A DNA stretch of 36,303 nt from a virus (IMGVR_UViG_3300033076_000343:1-36303), one strand, 5' to 3'; counted from the stretch's first letter, positions 26,050-35,540 are shown. Notes: generated from the sequence alone by a model not told the origin. Numbers and translations: made by a program.

Positions 26050-26813
26050 TGCCTATTGTAGCTGCTCTTCCCGCCATTGCCGCAATAGCTGGCCCCGTCA
26101 TTGGCGGGGTTATGGCGTCAAATGCGGCCAGTAAAGCCGCTAACACGCAAGCCGCTTCAGCCGACAAAGCAACCGCACTTCAAAAGGAAATGTGGCAAAA
26201 ACAGCTTGAGCTTAACAAGCCCTTCTATGAAGCGGGTTTGAAAGGCCAAGATTATCTGTTGAATTACCTTGGTATTGGTGGTGATCCTAGCGCGCCCGGA
26301 TACGGCGCGGGCATGAAACCGTTTGACGCGACGTCAATGTACGAAGACCCCGGCTATGCGTTTCGTTTGAGCGAAGGCGTTAACGCGCTCAACAAACAAG
26401 CCGCTGCGCGCGGGGGGCTTATATCCGGCGCGGCGTTGAAAGCCGCCGAGCGTTACGGGCAAGACTATGCGTCTGGCGAGTACAACAACGCGTTCAACCG
26501 TTATTGGCAACAGCGCAATCAGATTTTGAACCCTGTGCAAAGTTTGCTCGGGCAAGGGCAAACTACGGCGTCTAATTTAGGCGGCGCAGGTCAAAACTAC
26601 GCTACGCGCGCAGGGGATAACATGATGGCAGCAGCGAACGCGCGCGCCTCTGGTTATGTGGGTGGCGCAAATGCACTTAGCAGTGCTCTGACCGGGTCGG
26701 CTAACAACTACATGAACTACAATTTGATGAATAGGTTGTTACCGCAGACCGCAACACCAGACCCAAGCCTTACAAACACAAGTCTGACATATTTCGGGCC
26801 GGGGGAGAGATAA
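26049..26813 (+). CDS. DNA ejection/pilot protein (P22 gp7-like)
   Basis: Hydrophobic G/A N-terminus, DPGYAFRLSEG, AAARGGLISGAALKA. Confidence 0.7.
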   Translation: MPIVAALPAIAAIAGPVIGGVMASNAASKAANTQAASADKATALQKEMWQKQLELNKPFYEAGLKGQDYLLNYLGIGGDPSAPGYGAGMKPFDATSMYEDPGYAFRLSEGVNALNKQAAARGGLISGAALKAAERYGQDYASGEYNNAFNRYWQQRNQILNPVQSLLGQGQTTASNLGGAGQNYATRAGDNMMAAANARASGYVGGANALSSALTGSANNYMNYNLMNRLLPQTATPDPSLTNTSLTYFGPGER

Positions 26814-26814
26814 A

Positions 26815-28206
26815 ATGCCGTTAGACACGTCAATCGCGCTTGGCGCCCAAGCTCCGCAAGTACAGTCTTTTAACCCGATGTCCATCTACACTGCGGCGCA
26901 AGACCAGCAGCTTAACGCATTGCGAGCGCGGGCGCTTCAGGAAGAAATGGCGCGCAACGCCCTCACCATGCAGAATACGATGGAAGACCGTCGTATTGCC
27001 GCTGCGGCGCGTGCGCAAGCGGCGGCTGCTGCTGCGGAAGAACGCCGCCGTTTAGGCGAATACCGCGGTGTTGTAGGAAATTTTGGCCTAACTGACCGCG
27101 CGATAGGCGCAGGGCCGGGGCTAAAATATAATAATAGTAATTTGAGTGCTGATCCGTATGCGCCAATCCAAAATGAATTGCTGCGCCGAGGATTTGTTCC
27201 ACAAGCGGAAGAACTCGCAAAACTTCAAAAAGAACAACTTGCTGGCGAAGAGTCAAAAGCCAAAATACCGGGTTTGCAAGCTGAAAGCCGCAAAAAAGGC
27301 ACCGAAGCAGATACGGCTGAGTATGACGCGGCAGTGTCGCGCCTTGTGCCGTTAGTTCGTTCGGTTAAGAACGGCCAAGACGCGGCCAACTTTACGAACG
27401 CAATGTATGATGACCCTACGCTCGGGCCTAAACTGGAAAAAATTATCCCCCGCGCGCAAGCTGTCGCGCGCGCGCCTGCCGAGTATGATGCAAACCCGCT
27501 CGCATGGACGCAAAGCCATATGTTGACGGGTAAGGAGCTGTCGGATGCGCTGTCTGCCGCACAAAAGCCTATTGAGATGGATTTGGGCGGCAAGAAAGTA
27601 TTTGTCGATCCGGTTACGCTGCAACCTAAAGCAGAGTTTGCAAAAACGCTTACGCCAGACGAAGCCAATAAATCCGGCAAAACCAAAGATGCGAAAGCTA
27701 GTTTGGAAGATACTCTTGCGCGTCTTGATGAAGAGTATAGCGCGCTTTCAGATTTGGGCGCGCAACCAACGGAAAAAGATAGCGTATTAGGGAATTTAGG
27801 GCGTAAATTTACGTCTTCATATATTGGGCAAACGCTTGGCGTTAACCCTCAAGCGCAAACACATATTCAAGCTATTGAAGGTTTGCGTAACGACGTATTG
27901 TTGGCGATTAAAGCTGCATCCGGTATGTCGGCGAAAGAGATGGACTCAAACGCTGAACTGCAACGTCAGTTGGCTGGCGCAACCGCGCCCGGCCAAAACA
28001 TTGAGTCAGTGCGCCGCCGTCTGACAGACCTCAGTAAAAAATATGGCGCGGGTAAAGACTACACGAAAGCAGAAGAAAAATCCGTTAAAAACACCACCGC
28101 AAAAGCTCCTGCCACAAATAGTAAAGGCTGGACTTTGCACACAGACGCAAACGGAAACCGTGCGTATGTAAGCCCTGACGGTACGCAGTTTGAAGAGGTT
28201 AAATAA
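26815..28206 (+). CDS. Putative ejection/internal virion protein
   Basis: 463 aa, helical and A/Q/K-rich; synteny. Confidence 0.6.
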   Translation: MPLDTSIALGAQAPQVQSFNPMSIYTAAQDQQLNALRARALQEEMARNALTMQNTMEDRRIAAAARAQAAAAAAEERRRLGEYRGVVGNFGLTDRAIGAGPGLKYNNSNLSADPYAPIQNELLRRGFVPQAEELAKLQKEQLAGEESKAKIPGLQAESRKKGTEADTAEYDAAVSRLVPLVRSVKNGQDAANFTNAMYDDPTLGPKLEKIIPRAQAVARAPAEYDANPLAWTQSHMLTGKELSDALSAAQKPIEMDLGGKKVFVDPVTLQPKAEFAKTLTPDEANKSGKTKDAKASLEDTLARLDEEYSALSDLGAQPTEKDSVLGNLGRKFTSSYIGQTLGVNPQAQTHIQAIEGLRNDVLLAIKAASGMSAKEMDSNAELQRQLAGATAPGQNIESVRRRLTDLSKKYGAGKDYTKAEEKSVKNTTAKAPATNSKGWTLHTDANGNRAYVSPDGTQFEEVK

Positions 28207-29825
28207 TGCCTTTTGATCTATCGACCGCTAAACCCGTTTCAACAGGTTTTGACCTTTCGACGGCAAAACCTGTCAGTGAAGCGCCGCCGGTTGGGGAAGG
28301 TATGCCGTCAGGCCGTGAGCCTGATAGTTCTGTCGCACAATGGCTCGGCGTCACTAACCGCGCGCTCGCGCCATACGCGACTGCTGCAGGCGCAGGCGCG
28401 CTTGCGGGTGCTCCGTTTGCGGGCGTTGGCGCGCCGATTGGTGCGGCTATGGGCGTGACCGCGCTCGGGCTTGGGGATATTGGTACATCCGTGTACAATC
28501 TTGGCGCGGGGTATTTTGGCGGCAAACGTGTGCCGTTGCCTTCCGAAACAATTCAAAACGCCTATGGCGCAGTCGGTGTTGGTCGTGAGCCTGTAACGAC
28601 AGGGCAAAAAATCTATTCCGGCGCGCTTTCCGGTGCGGCGGGAGGGTTTGCACCTGCAAAAGCAATCAACGAACTTGCGCCGCTTGTCAGCAACCCAACA
28701 ACGCGGAACGTCATGCGTGAGTTTGCCGCGCAACCTGTTGGTCAAGCAGTGGTTGGCGCGGGTGCCGGAGCAGCGCCCGAGATAGCGCAAGCCGCAGGGA
28801 TTGAAGACCCTCGTTTGCTCGCGTTGTCGTCATTGGCGGGCGGTGCAGCCGCAGCTAAAGGCGCAGGCGTTGTGGGCCGCGCGGGGCAAGCTATGGAAGG
28901 CACCGCAAAACGTCTATATGATCGCGCGGCAGGAAGCCCCACGGCTACTGTAGACGACCTGTATAAAGCCGCAGATGCGGCGTATAAAACAGCAGACGCA
29001 GCAGGCGTTACGTTTAGCCCAAAAAGTTACGACAGCATGGTTGACGACATAAATGCTAAGCTAAAAAGCGAAGGATTTGTACCTAAACTTAACCCCACAA
29101 TCGCAAATGCCGTCAGTGTTCTTGACGATTATCGCGGTCAGCCACAATCGTTGACGCAACTTAAAGAACTTCGCAAAGGTTTGTCTGACCTTAAAGCAAG
29201 CCCTGAGGCAAATACACGCCGTTTGGCGGGAGATATCGTATCCCAAATTGACAGCTACATAGAAAACCCAAAAGCAGGCGCGGTTATCGCTGGCGACGAA
29301 GCAGGCATTAAAGCACTTAACGAAGGTCGCTCCATGTGGGCGCGTATGCGCAAAAGCGAAACTGTTGAAGATATTCTCAACAATGTTGACCTTAGCAAAT
29401 CAGACGCGGCAACTGCAATTCAGTCCAAATTTGCTACGCTGGCGGCAAATAAGCGCCGTATGCTCGGTTTTTCTGACGCTGAACAAGCAGCTATTCGTCA
29501 AATTGGTGAGGGAAAAGCGACGCCAACTACGCTTAACATCATCAGCAAACTTGCGCCGGGCGTTGACCTTAAAGGTTTGCTTATCGGCGGCGCGTTAGCG
29601 TCTAGCACAGCTTTTTCTGACACCGTGTCTCCTGCTGAAGCTGCCGCTCTTGGGATAGTGGGGTTGGGCGCGAAAGGCGCGCGCAACTATCTCGCAAAAC
29701 GAAATGTCAGCAACCTTGCGGCCGGTATCCGTCGTGGGGATGTGCAGATGCCATATGCAGTGCAACCTAATTCTTTGGTACTGCCGATGACACAGCCGGT
29801 TCTTAATAATCTTGCAGGTCAGTAA
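28206..29825 (+). CDS. Putative ejection/internal virion protein
   Basis: 539 aa with G/A-rich hydrophobic segments; FDLSTAKPVS twice at the N-terminus. Confidence 0.6.
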   Translation: MPFDLSTAKPVSTGFDLSTAKPVSEAPPVGEGMPSGREPDSSVAQWLGVTNRALAPYATAAGAGALAGAPFAGVGAPIGAAMGVTALGLGDIGTSVYNLGAGYFGGKRVPLPSETIQNAYGAVGVGREPVTTGQKIYSGALSGAAGGFAPAKAINELAPLVSNPTTRNVMREFAAQPVGQAVVGAGAGAAPEIAQAAGIEDPRLLALSSLAGGAAAAKGAGVVGRAGQAMEGTAKRLYDRAAGSPTATVDDLYKAADAAYKTADAAGVTFSPKSYDSMVDDINAKLKSEGFVPKLNPTIANAVSVLDDYRGQPQSLTQLKELRKGLSDLKASPEANTRRLAGDIVSQIDSYIENPKAGAVIAGDEAGIKALNEGRSMWARMRKSETVEDILNNVDLSKSDAATAIQSKFATLAANKRRMLGFSDAEQAAIRQIGEGKATPTTLNIISKLAPGVDLKGLLIGGALASSTAFSDTVSPAEAAALGIVGLGAKGARNYLAKRNVSNLAAGIRRGDVQMPYAVQPNSLVLPMTQPVLNNLAGQ

Positions 29826-29828
29826 ATC

Positions 29829-30062
29829 ATGGATACACAGTTTCTTCTCAACAGCGCCTTCGTTATGGCCGTTGGCGTCGGGGGTTGGTTTGCGCGTGAA
29901 GTGTGGGGTGCGGTGAAGGAACTGCGGGGCGATCTCAAAGCTATTGAGGTCAATCTTCCGAAAGAATATGTTCTCAAGGTCGATATTGATAAGCGCATGG
30001 AGCATATCGAAACGATGTTTCAGCGCATATACGACAAGTTAGACGGCAAACAGGACAAATGA
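29829..30062 (+). CDS. Small membrane protein with coiled coil (XhlA-like/lysis accessory)
   Basis: N-terminal TM helix, then LPKEYV.K.D...IYDKLDGKQDK. Confidence 0.65.
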   Translation: MDTQFLLNSAFVMAVGVGGWFAREVWGAVKELRGDLKAIEVNLPKEYVLKVDIDKRMEHIETMFQRIYDKLDGKQDK

Positions 30063-30063
30063 C

Positions 30064-31236
30064 ATGGCGAATTATTTAGCGCCGCCATCAAAAAACGCTC
30101 TTTCAACAGCGTCTATGGCTGAATTTATGACTCCTGAAGGGCGCGCTCGTATGGCTTCGGCGCTAGGGTCGTCTTTATACAACATGTTTGTACAACCTGT
30201 ATCGGATGCGTATAATTTTAGTTCGCAAGCGATGACGGGACAAATTCCGATGTACGCAGCGGATGAAAATGGTCGTATAACTATCAACCCACAAATGGTC
30301 GAAGGCGCGTTAAATACTGCGATGACCGCAGGTACAAGCGCAGGTGCTATAGGCGCAAAACAAGCGTTAAAAGAAGGGTATAATCCGTCAGTAGTAAATA
30401 TGTTTGCGGGGCCATCCGCAAAAACTGCTAATCTCGCCGCGCTAAAAACAGCGCAAGAAATGGCGGCGAAGGGCGCAACGCCAGAAGCAATACATGACGC
30501 GACAAAATGGTTTCAAGGCGCGGATGGTAAATGGCGGTTTGAAATTCCGGACACCAACATGTCTATATCAAAAGCGCAAGAAGATGCGTTATACAACGCA
30601 AGACGTCGTGAACCAACAACTTTAGGAAATGTATTATCGCATCCTGAGTTATTTGCGGCGTATCCACACCTTGCAGATTTGCCTGCTGCTACGACACGTT
30701 TTGTTAGCGAAGCGTCAATGGGGCCAGAAGGACTTAAAGTTAATCCTAAACTATTTTCTGCGGATGTTACACACGATGATTTTAAAAGCGTTCTTGCGCA
30801 CGAAGCTCAACATGCTGTGCAAGACGTTGAAAATTTTGCGGCGGGCGGAAATCCAATACATTCTATAGGTTTGGACGCCGATGCGTTATGGAAAGAACAG
30901 CAAGCTGATACAAAAGCATTAGATGATCTTTGGATGTCTGATAGACGCAACACAAAGAAATACCGCGCAGAACTTGATGAAATTCAACAGCGCATAAAAC
31001 AACGCAGCATATTGATGAATAAAATTGACGATCTTGGGCCTTACCGAGGGTATGCAGATTTAAATATTCCTACACCAGCAAGCGACGCGTATTACAGACG
31101 TTTAGCCGGCGAAGTTGAAGCACGTAACGTGCAAAAACGGTTAACGGAAGGGTACGCTAAATACCCTTGGGAAACGCAAGATGTGCCAAATGCAGATCAA
31201 TTTATACGCAACGCACTAATAAAAGGACCGCGCTAA
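30064..31236 (+). CDS. LPD23-domain protein with HExxH zincin-like motif
   Basis: TKWFQGADGKWRFEIPD, HPELFAAYPHL, LAHEAQHAVQDVENFAAGGN, YRRLAGEVEARNVQKR. Confidence 0.75.
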   Translation: MANYLAPPSKNALSTASMAEFMTPEGRARMASALGSSLYNMFVQPVSDAYNFSSQAMTGQIPMYAADENGRITINPQMVEGALNTAMTAGTSAGAIGAKQALKEGYNPSVVNMFAGPSAKTANLAALKTAQEMAAKGATPEAIHDATKWFQGADGKWRFEIPDTNMSISKAQEDALYNARRREPTTLGNVLSHPELFAAYPHLADLPAATTRFVSEASMGPEGLKVNPKLFSADVTHDDFKSVLAHEAQHAVQDVENFAAGGNPIHSIGLDADALWKEQQADTKALDDLWMSDRRNTKKYRAELDEIQQRIKQRSILMNKIDDLGPYRGYADLNIPTPASDAYYRRLAGEVEARNVQKRLTEGYAKYPWETQDVPNADQFIRNALIKGPR

Positions 31237-31610
31237 TGGCCTTTGGCATCGACGACGCAGTAGCCGCAGGGCTTCAGGTTCTTAACAAGTTCATTCCCGA
31301 TCCTGATGCCAAGATCAAAGCCGAAGCAGACCTTCGCACGGCGCTGTTGCAACTTGATGTCGCGCAAGCAGAAACAAACACAGCGGAAGCAAACAACCCA
31401 AATCTTCTGGTTTCTGGATGGCGGCCATTTATCGGATGGGTTGGCGCAATAGGACTTGCGTATCAATTCTTGCTGCATCCGTTTTTAGTCGGTCTTGGGT
31501 GGACATCGTTACCGTCGGCAGACACGCATTTGTTTGAACTTGTGTTTGCCATGCTTGGCTTCGGCGGTCTTCGCACATACGAAAAGATTAAAGGTGTTGC
31601 ATCCAAATGA
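31236..31610 (+). CDS. Holin (3TM, GTA-holin family-like)
   Basis: KFIPDPD, SGWRPFIGWV, MLGFGGLRTYEKIKGV. Confidence 0.85.
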   Translation: MAFGIDDAVAAGLQVLNKFIPDPDAKIKAEADLRTALLQLDVAQAETNTAEANNPNLLVSGWRPFIGWVGAIGLAYQFLLHPFLVGLGWTSLPSADTHLFELVFAMLGFGGLRTYEKIKGVASK

Positions 31611-31990
31611 CCCTTACTGATCGGTCAAAAAAGAGGCTTGAAGGCGTTCACGAAGACCTTGTTAAGGTTGTCGAACGCGCCGCTGAGATTACAGAAATTC
31701 CGTTCATCATCACGGAAGGTTTGCGGTCGGTCGAGCGTCAAAAGCAGTTAGTTGCGGCGGGCGCGTCGCAAACCATGCGGTCGCGCCATCTGACCGGCCA
31801 CGCCGTCGATCTTGCTGCCGTGATTGACGGTGAAGTGCGATGGGATTGGCCGCTTTACAGCAAACTCGCAGCGGCCATGAAGGCCGCCAGCGAAGAAGTT
31901 GACGTGCCGATTGAGTGGGGCGGCGACTGGACGACGCTAAAAGACGGCCCGCACTTTCAGCTTCCGTGGAAAAATTACCCGATTACATAA
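31607..31990 (+). CDS. Endolysin, M15 family Zn peptidase
   Basis: EGLRS..RQ, SRHLTGHAVD, WGGDW...DGPHFQL. Confidence 0.92.
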   Translation: MTLTDRSKKRLEGVHEDLVKVVERAAEITEIPFIITEGLRSVERQKQLVAAGASQTMRSRHLTGHAVDLAAVIDGEVRWDWPLYSKLAAAMKAASEEVDVPIEWGGDWTTLKDGPHFQLPWKNYPIT

Positions 31991-32183
31991 TGGTTTCGTC
32001 GCGCCGAACGCCGATCAACTGTTCTCGTTCACGCTTGGCGCGCAGCATAGTAAACCGCTGGTGTAGCTTTTCTAGGATGGTGACGCGCTTATGGGTGTCA
32101 AATTCGTGAACGATCATCGCGTGAAGTTCGTCCTCGGTCTTGTGATTGATGATGCGGTTTAGTTCTCGCCACGTAATTTTCAC
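31983..32183 (-). CDS. Hypothetical protein (66 aa)
   Basis: GTGA-coupled to the helicase stop; GGAGG RBS; TWRELN...LHQRFTMLRAKRER. Confidence 0.7.
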   Translation of the reverse strand: MKITWRELNRIINHKTEDELHAMIVHEFDTHKRVTILEKLHQRFTMLRAKREREQLIGVRRDETIM

Positions 32184-33466
32184 TTCAAAGCCTCCAAAGC
32201 CACGTCTGATATACTGCGCTTGTCGTGCAGCGCGCCCCAAATGCGTTCGTCCACGGTTCCGTTCGTCAAGAAAACATAGCACCAAACGTCGCGTGTCTGC
32301 CCGCCACGGTGTAGCCGACCAACCGTCTGCTCGTAAAGTTCGAGCGACCACGGAAGAGACAGAAAGACAATATGACAGCCGCCGTGCTGAAGGTTGAGGC
32401 CGTGTCCGGCCGACTTCGGGTGCACCAACAGCAGCGGTATCTTGCCCGCGTTCCAGTTTTCCACAGCGTTTTCGTCGTCTAACGTTTTTGCTTGTGGATA
32501 ACGTCGTTTCAGTTCGTCCAATTCCTCGCGGTATCCGTACGCGATGATCGTGTTGGCGTGTTGGTTCTCGTCCAGCAGCTCGTCAAGCCGCTCGAACTTA
32601 TGCCGACTGATCCATTTGGTCTTGTCGCCGTATACGAACCCCGATGCCATTTGCTGTAATTTGGATGTGACGACGGCGGCGTTGACCGCAATCGCGGTCG
32701 CGTCTGGAAACTGCACCACAAAGTCGCGCTTCATGGTCATGTAGTCGGTCATGTCCATGTCGCACCGCGTCTCGACGACGTGAAGCGGCGGCAACTTGTC
32801 CTTATACTCGCCCGGCTCAAGCACGAATGTGGCGGGCTTGATCTTTGCCATGACCTGCTCAAGCGCGCCCGAGCGCGGTTCCCACTGGTTATATTCCTGA
32901 TTGATGCAGAAGAAATATTGCTGCATGAACGCGCCCTTCGACCGGCCGAGCAGTTTTTGGTCAATGATCTTGCACTGGCCAAACACGTCCTCAAGGCCGT
33001 TTGACGTGAAGCTGCCGGTCAACCCCCACCGGATCGGTATCTGGTCGATCACCTTGGCGAGCGCTTTGAACCGCGCGCCAGACGGGTTTTTCAACCGCGT
33101 CAATTCATCAAACACGATGATGTCAAAGGCCAGCTTTTGCGTGGCGAGCCATTGGAGCGTGTCATAGTTCGCCACAACGATGTGTGTGTCGGCTTGGAGC
33201 GCCGTTTGGCGCTGTTTGGCCGTGCCGACCGCGACCGATATTGTCAGCTCCGGCGTCCACTTCGGGCATTCGACCGGCCAGACGGTCTGGCAAACGCGCT
33301 TCGGCGCGATCACAAGCACGCGCTTGGCGTGGCCGGCGCCGATCATGTCTCGGATGGCGACGAGCGTCAGCGCGGTCTTCCCCGCGCCGACCGGCGCGAG
33401 CACCATGGCCCTGTCGGTCTCGAACAGGAAGTCAGCCGCTTCGTTTTGATACGGACGCAGTTTCAC
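32180..33466 (-). CDS. SNF2-like (SF2) helicase
   Basis: LRPYQ, VGAGKT, VFDE, GLTGS, SAGHGLNLQ, QTVGRLHRGGQ. Confidence 0.92.
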   Translation of the reverse strand: MKLRPYQNEAADFLFETDRAMVLAPVGAGKTALTLVAIRDMIGAGHAKRVLVIAPKRVCQTVWPVECPKWTPELTISVAVGTAKQRQTALQADTHIVVANYDTLQWLATQKLAFDIIVFDELTRLKNPSGARFKALAKVIDQIPIRWGLTGSFTSNGLEDVFGQCKIIDQKLLGRSKGAFMQQYFFCINQEYNQWEPRSGALEQVMAKIKPATFVLEPGEYKDKLPPLHVVETRCDMDMTDYMTMKRDFVVQFPDATAIAVNAAVVTSKLQQMASGFVYGDKTKWISRHKFERLDELLDENQHANTIIAYGYREELDELKRRYPQAKTLDDENAVENWNAGKIPLLLVHPKSAGHGLNLQHGGCHIVFLSLPWSLELYEQTVGRLHRGGQTRDVWCYVFLTNGTVDERIWGALHDKRSISDVALEALK

Positions 33467-34065
33467 AAAAGAGGCCCCCATTGCGCCGCCATAGCGTCAG
33501 CTATGCCTTGATAAGTTGTACTGCGAAGTTTCCATCGGTCGGGCGATGGTGAAAGGTAGTGCAACCGTTCACGTTCGCGTTTGGGTAATGCCATCATCTC
33601 AGATTTTACGTTGTTTGTTGGCGTCAATGGTGGCAGGCCGGTCAACCACAGGCACGTCGCTTTTTGTTCTTTGTGGCCAAACATCCACGGCTGTATGACT
33701 TGGGTTTGTTTGACGCCGCCAATACGCTCAATAGCGTATTTGTGCATGATGGGGTTTTCCACAGCCTTGCGCGCGATCGGAGCATCCAAAAACATCTTAA
33801 AAAACGCCGCGCCTTCGTCGAGCTGCGCCCACCGGTCGGGATCGGTTTTAAGATGGCACACGCCCGCATTTGTCAGGTATGTGCATGGCGGGTGCGCAAC
33901 CACTAAATCCCACGGCATTGCCAACAGATCGCGCACGTCGCCTTGGTAGTGTTTGCCTTCGCGGTCGGTCGGCAACAAATCGCACGACATGGCATCGTGC
34001 CCTAGCGCCGCAAATGCATCTCTTACGCGCCCGCTGTACTCGCAAGCGACAAGGACTTTACCCAT
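33463..34065 (-). CDS. Short DNA cytosine-C5 methyltransferase-like protein
   Basis: VLVACEYSG (variant motif I), SCDLLP, AHPPCTY (motif IV), VENP (motif VI). Confidence 0.7.
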   Translation of the reverse strand: MGKVLVACEYSGRVRDAFAALGHDAMSCDLLPTDREGKHYQGDVRDLLAMPWDLVVAHPPCTYLTNAGVCHLKTDPDRWAQLDEGAAFFKMFLDAPIARKAVENPIMHKYAIERIGGVKQTQVIQPWMFGHKEQKATCLWLTGLPPLTPTNNVKSEMMALPKRERERLHYLSPSPDRWKLRSTTYQGIADAMAAQWGPLL

Positions 34066-34319
34066 GTGTCAACATCCCCCTTTGACCATATCACTGTGTA
34101 ATTCTGTTTCAGCCGGTGCATCTCCGCGCCGAACACGCGCTGCAACGGCGAGATCGTCCCGCCCACCGTCTTGATCTCGACAAACCACGTTGACCCGTCC
34201 GGCATACAGGCAATGCGATCCGCGACGCCGCGATTGGCGGGCGAGACAAACTTGTACGTCCGACCGCCGATCTCTTCGACGCGCTTTTTGAAATAGGCTT
34301 CAACTTGTTTCTCTAACAT
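34023..34319 (-). CDS. VRR-NUC domain nuclease
   Basis: MLEKQVE...KFVSPANRGVADRI...FVEIKT.GG..SPLQ. Confidence 0.88.
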   Translation of the reverse strand: MLEKQVEAYFKKRVEEIGGRTYKFVSPANRGVADRIACMPDGSTWFVEIKTVGGTISPLQRVFGAEMHRLKQNYTVIWSKGDVDTWVKSLSLASTAGA

Positions 34320-34400
34320 AATTATCCACATAATGTGTAATAAATTGTTTGACAACTCATCCGGCGTCATTTTATGTGGGTATCTCAACAACAAAAGGTA
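34320..34400. promoter_or_regulatory. Divergent promoter region containing TTGACA and a perfect DnaA box
   Basis: TTGACA 34349-34354; TTATCCACA 34322-34330; inverted repeat ATCCACATAA (34324) / TTATGTGGGT (34372). Confidence 0.6.
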
Positions 34401-34405
34401 CAGTG

Positions 34406-35536
34406 ATGAACCACAGTAATATCGTCGGCGGTTCGACCGCCAAGCGCGTGATGCAATGCCCCGGCTCGGTGGCGCTCGTTCAGAAAATGCCGCCGCAACA
34501 GTCGTCCAACTACGCCGACGAAGGCACGCTCCTCCACGAAGTGATCGCAGAGATCATGCAAGACGGCCTTGAACCCAAGAGTTTTATTGGCCGCGAATAC
34601 AACGGTATTGTCTTAACCGACGAACTCTACGATACAAAACTCCTGCCTGCCCTGCTCATGTTCGAAGAAGTCGATCCTGACGGTCAAATGGAGTTGATGG
34701 TTGAGACGCGCGTTTCTTTTGGAACTTATCTTCCTGATGTGTTTGGCTCTTGCGACATACTTGGCCGCATTGGCGACCGTGCGTTCGTGGTCGATTGGAA
34801 ATTTGGAGACGGCGTACCCGTCATAGCCGAAGAAAACCCGCAGCTTATGTTCTACGCCGCCGCAGCGCGTCGTACAGCAGCGGCCGCGTGGGTGTTCAAG
34901 GATGTCGTGGACATCGAATATGTCATCATTCAGCCGACGCGCGGTATGTCTCGGTGGGTGACAACGCCTGATCGTCTCGACCGGTTTGAGCGCGATTTGA
35001 AGCGCGCTGTCAAGGCCGCGCAAACGCCCGACGCGCCGCTCAAGGCGGGTGGTCACTGCCGTTGGTGCACCGCCAAGCCAATCTGCCCGATCATGCGCGG
35101 CGACGTTGACCGTGCGGTTGTGACGACTTTGCAGGCACTCGACGTTGACGAGCTTGGTCATTACCTGAACATGGCGAAGCGCCTTGAAGAATGGTCAAAA
35201 GACCTTCACAAATTAGCGACGCAGATGCTTGAGAAAGGCATCCCCGTGACGGGCTGGAAGCTCGTCCCGAAGCGCGCGACACGTCAATGGGTGGATGAAG
35301 AGCTTGCAAAGGTTGAGCTGTTCAAACACTTAAAAGAATCTGAAGTCATTGAGACCAGTTTGATCTCTCCGGCTAAAGCAGAAACGCTGTTGAAAAAGCA
35401 GCGCGTCCCTTTACCGAAAGACCTTACTGTCGCATTGTCTTCGGGTAGCACACTGGCCCCAGAGGATGATCCTCGACCAGCCGTGCTCAACATCGGGAAG
35501 CAACTCACTGCTGCCCTTAGTAAACTTGGAGAATAG
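34406..35536 (+). CDS. DUF2800 / Cas4-like PD-(D/E)xK exonuclease
   Basis: GGSTAKRVMQCPGS, GTLLHE, VETRV, FGSCD, VVDWKFG, QLMFYA, HCRWC.....C (Fe-S-type Cys set). Confidence 0.88.
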   Translation: MNHSNIVGGSTAKRVMQCPGSVALVQKMPPQQSSNYADEGTLLHEVIAEIMQDGLEPKSFIGREYNGIVLTDELYDTKLLPALLMFEEVDPDGQMELMVETRVSFGTYLPDVFGSCDILGRIGDRAFVVDWKFGDGVPVIAEENPQLMFYAAAARRTAAAAWVFKDVVDIEYVIIQPTRGMSRWVTTPDRLDRFERDLKRAVKAAQTPDAPLKAGGHCRWCTAKPICPIMRGDVDRAVVTTLQALDVDELGHYLNMAKRLEEWSKDLHKLATQMLEKGIPVTGWKLVPKRATRQWVDEELAKVELFKHLKESEVIETSLISPAKAETLLKKQRVPLPKDLTVALSSGSTLAPEDDPRPAVLNIGKQLTAALSKLGE

Positions 35537-35540
35537 TAAA

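Noticed and set aside
28212-28277. FDLSTAKPVS duplication as a mobile or regulatory repeat
   Set aside because: A short in-frame peptide duplication with synonymous differences; ordinary for N-termini of such proteins.
8900-29550. Other CTGATGA/TCATCAG occurrences as additional hammerheads
   Set aside because: Those I noticed (about 8900, 11032, 17821, 19166, 22472, 29539) are inside genes and I saw no accompanying GAAA/stem architecture; this was not an exhaustive search.
32457-33763. DnaA-box matches at 32457, 32493 and 33755
   Set aside because: They are inside coding sequence, explained by the encoded residues (VEN, RYPQ), and compatible with chance.
34406-35536. Cas4-like gene as evidence of a CRISPR-Cas system
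   Set aside because: No cas1, cas2 or array; this nuclease family is a normal part of phage replication modules.
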